Of a stretch of DNA of 64,000 nucleotides, positions 17,684 to 26,357 are shown piece by piece. Position 1 is the first letter of the stretch. Each line of letters opens with the position of its first letter. Under the pieces are notes generated by a model. The model saw nothing but the letters and a program-made list of their open reading frames with translations, was not told the origin of the DNA and ran no database searches. The position numbers were made by a program, and so were the translations under genes. The DNA is from Candidatus Omnitrophota bacterium (GTDB lineage: Bacteria > Omnitrophota > Omnitrophia > Omnitrophales > Aquincolibacteriaceae). The stretch lies in NCBI GenBank assembly GCA_903884815.1, contig CAISGE010000032.1, positions 5,978-69,977 on the forward strand, given 5' to 3'.

Positions 17684-20600
17684 ACAGTCTTGTTAAGTTG
17701 TTTCTGTCTCGTGCTGCTCTTTACCCCCACTGCTTTTGCGAATATCCTAGGCAATTCCACTTTTGAGCAGCCTCTGGGAGGCTCAAACCAAACGAACTGG
17801 AATGATACCCAAAATGCGACGCGCTACACCAATGCGGTTCTGGTGGGCGCCGGTTTTTCGGCGGATCCTGACGGGAATTATGCTTTGGTCCTTCCGGATA
17901 CCATGCCGCAGACTTTTACTTTTCAGGAAAATAGCAATATTAAACCCGGAGATTTTGTTGTCTTCAATGCTAATGCTGAATCCAATTTTAATATTGGCGG
18001 AAGCGGCACGTATGGAGATCTGAAAATTGAGTTTCGGCATAAAAATAGTGACGGCTCCACCACATTGATACGTGCGGATACATTGAGCGGCGAAACGGGT
18101 CAGGGGATGGATTGGTGGCAGGCACCTCCGGGCGGCGGGTATGTGGCATTCTCCGTGGCCGGAACAGCGCCCGAGGGAACCAACCTGGTGGTTTTTACCA
18201 TCGTTGCTGAAAATCCGACGGGTGCTGGTGAGATATTGGCTGTGACGAGTGCGAATGCCGAGATCAATCCCGCGAAATTATCCGTCGTCGCTTCGAAACG
18301 CAACGTGGCTCCCGGGGATCCCGTCGGGATTAACGCCCATTTTCTGAATTCCTCTGCGGATAGTTATCAAAATGTGAAAATGCTTTTCAATATCCCGCGC
18401 GGCTTTGACTATGCCCCCAAGTCTGTCAAAGTGAATGGCCACACGGCCACCTATAAGGATGGCTCGATCCTGGTGGATGTCGGGAATATGGTGCCCAATG
18501 ACGAGATCAGCGTCAGCTTTGTGACGCTTGTCTCAAACGGTGTTCAATTGGGACATGAGTATTCCCTGGACGCGACCCTGAGCGGCGATGCCGTGCTGCC
18601 TGTTCCCGGCGGAGTGGATGTTCTATTTCCCGGGCAACTCTCCCAAAAAGTGGCTGTGAAGTTTTTTGTTGAGGGCGATCCCGTGTTTGAACAGAGCACC
18701 GTGATCGGCAAGGTCTTCAACGATTTGAACCAGAACACGGTCCAGGATGCCGGCGAACCCGGTATCCCCTTTGTCCGGCTTTACACGGAAGAAGGTATCG
18801 GCATTGTGACCGACGAGAACGGCATGTATCACATCCCCGGCGTGAAACCCGGCCGGCATGTCGTCAAGATCGACGGCCACTCCCTGCCGGAGGGCACGAA
18901 ATTTATTTCGGAGGAAGCGTTTCTTATCAAGGCCACGGCCGGGGTCATGAGCAAAGCCAATTTTGCTGTTCTCTTGCCGCCTTCGGGGATCCCTGAGAAT
19001 TTCCAGAAGGATCTGATGGTGATGGTCACGCAGGGGGTCGATGTTTCCCGGCCGACGCTTGATGTCAAGATCACGCCGGATGTTGTGAAACTTGGCGTCG
19101 GGGTGCTTGAGAAAGAGCCGGTTTTCACGTTCGACAACAATTACGCGAAGTTCATTAAGAAATGGACGCTCGAGGTCCGTGATGCCATGGGACAGCCTGT
19201 CTGGACCGGCTACGGCGTCGGGCAGCCGCCGCCCGAAGTAACATGGACCGGTATCGAGGAATCGGGGCTTTTGGTCAAGCCCGGCACGTATTCCTATCAG
19301 CTGAAGGTCCGTGATGCGAAGAACCGTGAGGACTGGACGCCGCTGCAATTTTTCGAGGTCATGACCAAACAGGATCCGAAAGGGAAGTCAAACTATCATC
19401 CCGAGATCCCGCCCGTGGGGGACTTCAATCTTTTTAAGGACGGGAAGCGCAGCATCCCGCTCAACGCGAAGCCGGTCGTCCGCGTTCAGGGAAAGACCAA
19501 GCCCAAGAACAAGATCGAGATCAACGGCACGCCGGTCTCCGTGGACGGGGCGGACGGAATGTTCCAGAAAGAATTTTTCGTGGAGCCGGGTGAATATATG
19601 GTGAATATTTCTGCGACGACGCCCGAGGGAGAGACCACCAGCTTTAACAAGTCGATCAAGGTGAAGGACAGCCAGTTTTTCATGGTGGCATTGGGCGAGG
19701 AGCAGCTCGGGGAGAATTTTAACGGCGGCAACAAGGACGCCGCGGCATCGGGCGGTTTCCGCGACGGTTTTAGCGAGGACGGCCGCGCGGCTTTCTTTTT
19801 GAAAGGAAAGCTCAAGGGGAAATTCCTTGTGAAGGCCAAGTATGACACCTCCGACAAGCGCTCCGCGCTTTTCACGAATCTTAATCCCGATGACTATTAT
19901 CCGATCTACGGCGATAACTCGACGCTCGATCGCGAGGCCCAGGATACCGCGCAGCGGCTTTATGTCCTCGTGGAAATGGACCGCTCTTACGCCAAGTGGG
20001 GAAGCTTCAAGACGGAGTTCACGGACACGGAACTTGCCACCTACAACCGCACGCTCTCCGGGCTCAAGGTCAATTTCGATACGGTAGAGAGCACGGTCTA
20101 CGGCGACCCCAAGCGCGGGTTCAAGGTGTTTTCCGCGAAGTCGGACCACTTGGCCGATCACAACGAACTTTACGCGACCGGCGGCTCGCTTTTCTACACG
20201 CGGAACCGCAACATCGTCGAGGGCAGCGAAAAGATCCGCGTCGATATCCGCGACAAGATCCAGAACATGACGGTCGCGAGCTATGATCTTGTGGAGGGCA
20301 CCGATTACGAGATCAATTATAACGACGGGCGTATCCTTCTCTCCCGCTCGCTGTCTTCAGTCGCCGCGGCCGACACCATGACTTCGACGGATATCCTCGA
20401 TGGCGATCCCGTGTATTTGATCGTAGATTATGAATATGATCCCAGTGCCACCCCGACCTCCGTCCCGGATCAGGGCATACGGGGCTACACCTGGTTGGGG
20501 GATCACGTGAGGGTTGGAGCGACTGCCGTTCAGGAGAAGCGTCCGGGTTCGGATTATGACATGAATGGCGTCGATGCCATGTTCAAGTTCGGGCGGAACA

Positions 20601-22402
20601 CCAAGATCACCGCCGAATACGCCGAAACGATCAACCAGCAGATGGGAAGCTCATTCTCTTACGACGGCGGACTCAGCTACTTGGATGCGGACTCTATGAT
20701 CGGAGCGGGCCGGCATGCGAAGCCCCAGAACAGCGCGTATCTGATACGAGCTTCTTCCGAACCCGTCAAGGGGCTTGAAACGACGGGGTATGTGCAGGGC
20801 GTGGACCCGGGTTTTTCGAACGGTTACATGCGGGACCAAGAGGCCCTCGAAAAATACGGCTTGGCCGCGCGCTATAAGTTTACGGACAGTTTGTCTGCCC
20901 GGTATCGCTTCGATCACAATGCCGTTCTCGATAACTTGAAGCCGTTCAACGAGACGGGCGTTTACGGGCCTTACGAATCCCAAGAAACCCAGACCGCTCA
21001 GATCGTTTATGATGATGGGCAGTACCTCGCGGAACTCGAATACCAGCACCGCAATCTGGGACAGGTCACTCCTCTCAGCAACCAGACGGCGGATCTTACG
21101 AATCAAGTTCCCTTTAATGATGGCGTGACGGTCAAGGCGGGCTATCACATCAACGACCGGTTGCTTCCTTACGTGAAGGCGCAGTCGACGATGGACGGGA
21201 AGAACGACTGTCAGTTCGGCGGAGGCGTTCGTTACGAAGTGGTGAAGAGCCTCTTTGCCTACCTGGAAGAAATGGTCGGACCTCTCGGGGATTCGACCTA
21301 TTTCGGGTTTGAGCGACAGCACGAGAATGGCGCGCGCAGTTACGCGAACATCCGCTCCGTCGACCGCGGGATCGGCGACCAGACGCTCGGGACGGCGATC
21401 GGGAACTCTTTCGCGCTCACCGAAAAATCGCGCATGTATTCCGAACGCGAATATTCTTCCTACAAGGGAAGCGACGGCTACGCGGACATTTTGGGCTATG
21501 AGGGCAAGGCGGGTGACCATTGGGACTATGGCGCGAAGTATGAACGCCGGCGCCTGGTCGATTCCAGGGTCAGCGAGCTTCATCCGAGCAGTGTCATGAC
21601 AGTTATGCCCAACACGGCCTTTAACACCGCGGGTGCGAGCCTTGCGTATGCCGACGGGAAAAAATTCCGGGTGCGGACCTATCAGGAAGTCCGTGTCGCG
21701 CAGTCGCCTCCCAAGGCGAACCAGTACGTTACCCGGAACTCCCTGCAGTACCAGATCAATGAAGATCTGGGATTTCTCTCTTATCTGAATTACGGGGCGT
21801 CGTATCTCGTGGATGCCGTTCCCCAGAATTCTCAAGTGAACCTGACCAATTTCGCGGAGTTCAGCGCCGGGTTTGCTTACCGCCCGGTAAAGCTGGATAA
21901 GCTGAATATCCTGGCCCGCTACAATTATCTCCGGAATATCGCCAACGATTGGCAGTACCAGACCTACACTCCGACGGGGATGATGTTCAATGAGATCGCC
22001 AACATTTTTTCCACAGACATCGGCTATGATGTGAACCGCTATTTCGGCTTGGTGGAAAAATTGGCCTGGAAGAATTCCGCGCTGCAATCCCAGTTCCGCG
22101 ACCAGGTCACTCTTTCCCGGGACACGGTGGACACCACGAGCGTCAACACGTTCCTGACCGCGAACCGCATCAATTTCCATGTGACGCGAAAGTGGGATCT
22201 GGCTCTGGAATACCGGATCCTGATGCAGACCTACACCGCGGACAGTTTAAAGCAAGGCGCCCTGGTCGAAGTGGACCGCGAATTTTATGAATACGTGCGG
22301 CTCGGAGTGGGGTATAATTTTACCGATTTCAGCGATGACCTGCGCAACCCGAACAGTTTCAGCAATCACGGGCCGTTCGTGCGCATGACCGGTAAATTTT
22401 AA
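17678..22402 (+). CDS. giant (about 1575 aa) surface/outer-membrane protein: N-terminal repeat/Ig-like and SdrD-B/CarboxypepD_reg-like domains plus about 900 aa C-terminal beta-barrel-like region ending in Phe
   Basis: signal peptide MTTVLLSCFCLVLLFTPTAFA; segments resembling conserved-repeat (DUF11-like) and SdrD B-like domains (GKVFNDLNQNTVQDAGEPGIPFVRLYTEEG); C-terminal FVRMTGKF. The ORF track starts at 17573, but that N-terminal extension overlaps a nested palindrome. Confidence 0.65.
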   Translation: MTTVLLSCFCLVLLFTPTAFANILGNSTFEQPLGGSNQTNWNDTQNATRYTNAVLVGAGFSADPDGNYALVLPDTMPQTFTFQENSNIKPGDFVVFNANAESNFNIGGSGTYGDLKIEFRHKNSDGSTTLIRADTLSGETGQGMDWWQAPPGGGYVAFSVAGTAPEGTNLVVFTIVAENPTGAGEILAVTSANAEINPAKLSVVASKRNVAPGDPVGINAHFLNSSADSYQNVKMLFNIPRGFDYAPKSVKVNGHTATYKDGSILVDVGNMVPNDEISVSFVTLVSNGVQLGHEYSLDATLSGDAVLPVPGGVDVLFPGQLSQKVAVKFFVEGDPVFEQSTVIGKVFNDLNQNTVQDAGEPGIPFVRLYTEEGIGIVTDENGMYHIPGVKPGRHVVKIDGHSLPEGTKFISEEAFLIKATAGVMSKANFAVLLPPSGIPENFQKDLMVMVTQGVDVSRPTLDVKITPDVVKLGVGVLEKEPVFTFDNNYAKFIKKWTLEVRDAMGQPVWTGYGVGQPPPEVTWTGIEESGLLVKPGTYSYQLKVRDAKNREDWTPLQFFEVMTKQDPKGKSNYHPEIPPVGDFNLFKDGKRSIPLNAKPVVRVQGKTKPKNKIEINGTPVSVDGADGMFQKEFFVEPGEYMVNISATTPEGETTSFNKSIKVKDSQFFMVALGEEQLGENFNGGNKDAAASGGFRDGFSEDGRAAFFLKGKLKGKFLVKAKYDTSDKRSALFTNLNPDDYYPIYGDNSTLDREAQDTAQRLYVLVEMDRSYAKWGSFKTEFTDTELATYNRTLSGLKVNFDTVESTVYGDPKRGFKVFSAKSDHLADHNELYATGGSLFYTRNRNIVEGSEKIRVDIRDKIQNMTVASYDLVEGTDYEINYNDGRILLSRSLSSVAAADTMTSTDILDGDPVYLIVDYEYDPSATPTSVPDQGIRGYTWLGDHVRVGATAVQEKRPGSDYDMNGVDAMFKFGRNTKITAEYAETINQQMGSSFSYDGGLSYLDADSMIGAGRHAKPQNSAYLIRASSEPVKGLETTGYVQGVDPGFSNGYMRDQEALEKYGLAARYKFTDSLSARYRFDHNAVLDNLKPFNETGVYGPYESQETQTAQIVYDDGQYLAELEYQHRNLGQVTPLSNQTADLTNQVPFNDGVTVKAGYHINDRLLPYVKAQSTMDGKNDCQFGGGVRYEVVKSLFAYLEEMVGPLGDSTYFGFERQHENGARSYANIRSVDRGIGDQTLGTAIGNSFALTEKSRMYSEREYSSYKGSDGYADILGYEGKAGDHWDYGAKYERRRLVDSRVSELHPSSVMTVMPNTAFNTAGASLAYADGKKFRVRTYQEVRVAQSPPKANQYVTRNSLQYQINEDLGFLSYLNYGASYLVDAVPQNSQVNLTNFAEFSAGFAYRPVKLDKLNILARYNYLRNIANDWQYQTYTPTGMMFNEIANIFSTDIGYDVNRYFGLVEKLAWKNSALQSQFRDQVTLSRDTVDTTSVNTFLTANRINFHVTRKWDLALEYRILMQTYTADSLKQGALVEVDREFYEYVRLGVGYNFTDFSDDLRNPNSFSNHGPFVRMTGKF

Positions 22403-22412
22403 GGAGATCTCC

Positions 22413-22805
22413 ATGAAACGTTTTATTTCGATCGCTCTTATGTTGGTGCTGAGTATTGGATTGGCCGCCTGTAACACCGTCGGGAAAGTTTTGCCGCCGA
22501 ACGATGAAGTGCTCGTTTATCCGCTTTCCTATGATCTGACCTATCTGCGTACCATGGAAGCTGTCGATGGTCGGGAGACTTGGAAGCTTGAGGAGACGGA
22601 TAAGGAAAAAGGCATCATTACCGTCCGCGATACCAATTACAGCAGTCTGAATGATTCCGATAAGAGGGTCATCACATTTCAGGTTAAACGCCTGGATCGC
22701 GGAATGTCCTCTGTCTCCATTGCCCCGGACAGCCAAAAGGTTTTTGGCGGCGCCGATCTTATGAAGGCGGTCGCTGCGGCACTTGGTCGCGAGACTCACT
22801 CCTGA
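22413..22805 (+). CDS. small lipoprotein, hypothetical
   Basis: MKRFISIALMLVLSIGLAAC lipobox; AAGGAG RBS; immediately after the giant OMP gene. Confidence 0.55.
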   Translation: MKRFISIALMLVLSIGLAACNTVGKVLPPNDEVLVYPLSYDLTYLRTMEAVDGRETWKLEETDKEKGIITVRDTNYSSLNDSDKRVITFQVKRLDRGMSSVSIAPDSQKVFGGADLMKAVAAALGRETHS

Positions 22806-25593
22806 TCTTCCCTTGGATTCGATCCTGCTGCGTGGGGTCAAGACCCACAATCTCAAAGATCTCGATTTAGAACTTCCGCATCGCAAGCTCTACGTTATTA
22901 CCGGAGTATCCGGTTCCGGCAAGTCCTCCCTGGCTTTTGATACGCTCTATGCCGAGGGTCAACGCCGCTATATTGAATCCGTTTCCGCCTACGCGCGGCA
23001 GTTCCTTGAACGCATGGCGAAGCCCGATGTGGCCTCGGCGTCCGGGATTCCTCCCGCTCTTGCCATTCAGGCCAAGAATGCCATCACGAATGCCCGATCC
23101 ACGGTCGGGACCCAAACTGAGATCAATGAATACCTCCGGGTCCTTTTCGCGCGGATCGGTCGGCCCCGGTGTCCCGATTGCCGCGAGCAAGTCGAAAAGT
23201 ATGATCCCGCGAAAGTCGCGGCGCGTCTTGCAGCGAAGTTTCCCGGTGAGGAAGCGCGCATCGCTTTTCAGATGGCGGTGGGGAAAAGCACCGCGAAATA
23301 TCTGCGCGAGAATCTGGAAGAGCTGGAGCGTCAGGGGTTCGGCTCGTTTTTCTATGACGGGGCCTGGATCGACGCGGCATCTTTGATCAGGAAAAAAGCT
23401 ATTTTGAAAACACTGCGCGTGAGCGTGGACCTTGTGAAGATCACCCCGGCGAATAAGGAACGTCTTACGGATTCTCTGGAGCAGGCCTTTCGCCTTGGCC
23501 GCAATGAGGCCCAAGTGGGGGTGGCTGGTAAAGATCTGGAATTTTCCGAGACGCTCCGGTGCGCCTCCTGCGGGCGTTCATTCCCTGAGCCGACGCCCAA
23601 TCTTTTTTCCTTCAACAGCCCCCTCGGCGCGTGTTCTACCTGCCAGGGATTTGGCCGCGTCATCACGATCGATTGGGATCTCGTCGTGCCGGATCCGGAG
23701 AAGTCGATCCGGGAGGGCGTGATCGAGCCGTGGACCAAAGCCAGCACCCGCTGGGAACAGGGACAGCTCCTTGATTTTTGCGAACGCAAGCGGATCTCTG
23801 TACGCCTGCCTTGGAAGGATCTGAAGGCCCAGCATCGGAAGTGGATCCTGGAAGGTTATGAAGGCGACGAGTTCGCGAGCGTTCGCGACTTTTTTGAGTA
23901 CATGAATAAAAAGGCCTACCGGATGCATGTGAGGATCTTCCTCAATCGTTATCGCGGCTACGCGCCTTGCGGGACTTGCCACATGACCCGGCTTAAGCCT
24001 GAAGCGATGGATTTCCTGGTGCGCGAAAAAAATATCGCGCAGGCGCAGGCCCTTAGCATTGAGGAGCTTTATCCGTTCCTTGAGACGCTGGAACCCACCG
24101 CAGAGGAAAAGGAAAAAGTCGAGCCCGTTCTCGAGGAGCTGCTTGCGCGCGTGCGGTTCTTGAAGGACGTCGGCCTGGGTTATCTCACGCTTGACCGCAT
24201 GTCGCGCACGCTTTCGGGCGGGGAGGTGGAGCGGATCCATCTGGCGAGTTCCCTGGGGTCCGCGCTCGTGGACACGCTTTACGTGCTGGATGAACCGAGT
24301 ATCGGACTTCATGAGCGCGATAACCAGATGCTGATCGCCCTTCTCCGGAAATTGCGAGATCTCGGGAACACGGTCGTGGTCGTGGAGCATGACCGGACCA
24401 TGATCATGGCCGCGGACAGCGTGATCGATTTGGGGCCCGCGGGCGGCGCGAAAGGCGGAGAGCTTATCTTTCAGGGAAGTCCGGAAGATCTCAAAAAATA
24501 TCCGGGTTCCGTGACGGGGGAATATCTGGCCGGCAAACGCGCCATTACCCGGAGGGTTCGCCCTGCTGCTGATGAATCGCGGAGGATCACGGTCCGCGGG
24601 GCGACGGCGCATAATTTAAAAGAGATCGATGTCGATATTCCCCTTGGCCGCTTTACGGTCCTGACGGGCGTGTCCGGATCCGGGAAAAGTACGTTCCTTT
24701 ACGAGATCCTCTATAATCATTTTCTTAAGTTCAAAGGTCGTCCGGTGTCGCAGGAGGAACTGGGGACGGTGAAAAAGATCCGCGGTTTTGAGCCTCTGTC
24801 GGATATGGTGCTGATCGACCAATCACCGCTCGGTCGTTCGCCACGTTCCAATCCCGCCACTTATATGAAGGCGTTCGAGGATATCCGCAAGATCTTCGCG
24901 GCGACGCCTGAGGCCCGGCGTGAAGGGTTCGACGCGGGGCATTTTTCTTTCAATGTCGAAAAGGGCCGCTGCCCGGTTTGCGAAGGGGACGGCGCGGTGA
25001 AAGTCGAGATGCATTTCCTGGCGGATATTTTTGTGCCCTGCGAAGAATGCCATGGGAAGCGTTTCAAGCCTGAAGTGCTCGAGATTCGGTATCAGGGAAA
25101 AAACATCGATCAAGTTCTTGCGATGACGGTTGAGGAGGTCTTGGATTTTCTGGGTCATCACCGGGGGCTCGTCGAGAAACTTTCCATTCTCAAGAAGATC
25201 GGCCTTGGTTATTTACGGCTCGGGCAACCGACACTCACCCTTTCGGGAGGGGAGGCCCAGCGCCTGAAGCTTGCGTTCGAACTATTGAGTGGGACTTCCG
25301 GACCGTCCCTTTATCTCCTCGATGAACCGACGACAGGGCTCCATGAGGACGATGTCCAGCATCTCGTCCGTGCTTTTGAAGAGCTTCTCGATCGGGGGCA
25401 TTCCCTCCTTGTGATCGAGCATCATTTGGGGCTGATCGGCCTCGCCGATCATGTGATCGATCTCGGGCCGGAAGGCGGGGACAAGGGAGGGCAAGTCGTT
25501 TATCAAGGGGATATTGCCGGTCTGGTGGCGTGTGAGGCCTCGTATACAGGGAAATATCTTAAAAGATATTTCCGGGAAACGGGTAACGGGTAA
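22783..25593 (+). CDS. uvrA: excinuclease ABC subunit A
   Basis: 936 aa with duplicated ABC ATPase modules (GVSGSGKSS twice), zinc-finger cysteines and ABC signature LSGGE; the annotated start codon is TTG overlapping the upstream gene, so the start is uncertain. Confidence 0.88.
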   Translation: MVARLTPDLPLDSILLRGVKTHNLKDLDLELPHRKLYVITGVSGSGKSSLAFDTLYAEGQRRYIESVSAYARQFLERMAKPDVASASGIPPALAIQAKNAITNARSTVGTQTEINEYLRVLFARIGRPRCPDCREQVEKYDPAKVAARLAAKFPGEEARIAFQMAVGKSTAKYLRENLEELERQGFGSFFYDGAWIDAASLIRKKAILKTLRVSVDLVKITPANKERLTDSLEQAFRLGRNEAQVGVAGKDLEFSETLRCASCGRSFPEPTPNLFSFNSPLGACSTCQGFGRVITIDWDLVVPDPEKSIREGVIEPWTKASTRWEQGQLLDFCERKRISVRLPWKDLKAQHRKWILEGYEGDEFASVRDFFEYMNKKAYRMHVRIFLNRYRGYAPCGTCHMTRLKPEAMDFLVREKNIAQAQALSIEELYPFLETLEPTAEEKEKVEPVLEELLARVRFLKDVGLGYLTLDRMSRTLSGGEVERIHLASSLGSALVDTLYVLDEPSIGLHERDNQMLIALLRKLRDLGNTVVVVEHDRTMIMAADSVIDLGPAGGAKGGELIFQGSPEDLKKYPGSVTGEYLAGKRAITRRVRPAADESRRITVRGATAHNLKEIDVDIPLGRFTVLTGVSGSGKSTFLYEILYNHFLKFKGRPVSQEELGTVKKIRGFEPLSDMVLIDQSPLGRSPRSNPATYMKAFEDIRKIFAATPEARREGFDAGHFSFNVEKGRCPVCEGDGAVKVEMHFLADIFVPCEECHGKRFKPEVLEIRYQGKNIDQVLAMTVEEVLDFLGHHRGLVEKLSILKKIGLGYLRLGQPTLTLSGGEAQRLKLAFELLSGTSGPSLYLLDEPTTGLHEDDVQHLVRAFEELLDRGHSLLVIEHHLGLIGLADHVIDLGPEGGDKGGQVVYQGDIAGLVACEASYTGKYLKRYFRETGNG

Positions 25594-25626
25594 CGGATGT
25601 CGAGTGCGTTCGGCGTTCCACGTTCT
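25575..25626 (+). repeat. GNAACGG-heptad repeat plus inverted CGTTC units, overlapping the uvrA stop
   Basis: gaaacgggtaacgggtaacgg ... gcgttcggcgttccacgttc. Confidence 0.55.
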
Positions 25627-25686
25627 CCGAGGAGACGCGCGAAGCGCCTATTTGCACTCCCTTCCTTTATAGGGTATTCTTAAGGC

Positions 25687-26175
25687 ATGAATAAAAAAGC
25701 CTGGTTTCTTCTATTTATAGGAGTGCTCGCCAGCTTGAACCTTGCCTCGGTCCGGAAGTCTGAGGATCCGATAAGGGATACGCAGACGAATCCCATTCTT
25801 TACGAGCAGAAGAAGGAAGAGGAAAAGGATGGGAAAAAAGGTCCTCTGATGTATCACGTCAAAAACGATCCCCACGAGACCTTTTTTATCGATCCTCCGA
25901 TCCAAGCGGAACCCAAGACGCCGGAGAAGGTTGCTACTGAAACGGTTCTTCCGACCTCCACCGATACCGCGGGATGGTGGGAGGAGCAGTCTACGGGTTC
26001 CGCCGAGGCCGTGGCTCCCGCTAAGGAAGTTGTTCCGACATCCCTGTCGGAACCCATCCCGGGAGAGGAACAAGTTCAAGAAGTCAAGGGTACGGAGAAG
26101 GATTCCGAGCCCCCTGTCGCTGAGGCGGACGCCGTGAAGGCTTCCGGGGCCAAGGGCGAAGACTATTGGTGGTAA
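25687..26175 (+). CDS. hypothetical secreted acidic protein
   Basis: signal peptide MNKKAWFLLFIGVLASLNLAS; Glu/Pro-rich low-complexity body; bracketed by inverted GNAACGG-repeat elements. Confidence 0.5.
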   Translation: MNKKAWFLLFIGVLASLNLASVRKSEDPIRDTQTNPILYEQKKEEEKDGKKGPLMYHVKNDPHETFFIDPPIQAEPKTPEKVATETVLPTSTDTAGWWEEQSTGSAEAVAPAKEVVPTSLSEPIPGEEQVQEVKGTEKDSEPPVAEADAVKASGAKGEDYWW

Positions 26176-26186
26176 TTAGATTCTCG

Positions 26187-26258
26187 GGGAACGTGGAACG
26201 GGCAACGAGAAATGAAAAAAGATATTTCGTTCAACGTTCCCCGTTAGCCGTTACCCCT
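26187..26258 (+). repeat. GNAACGG-heptad hairpin (ggggaacgtggaacg / cgttcaacgttcccc) plus ccgttagccgttaccc, inverted relative to 25581-25596
   Basis: 15/16-bp stem; terminal 16-mer is the reverse complement (14/16) of gggtaacgggtaacgg at 25581-25596. Confidence 0.55.
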
Positions 26259-26357
26259 ACTATAAATGCGTGTATTTTGCTCTTCAAGCAGGTATAATTC
26301 TCGCTGTTTTCCTGGGGATGCTCCCCATAACCTATCTTCAAAAAAGGTGGTTTTTTT

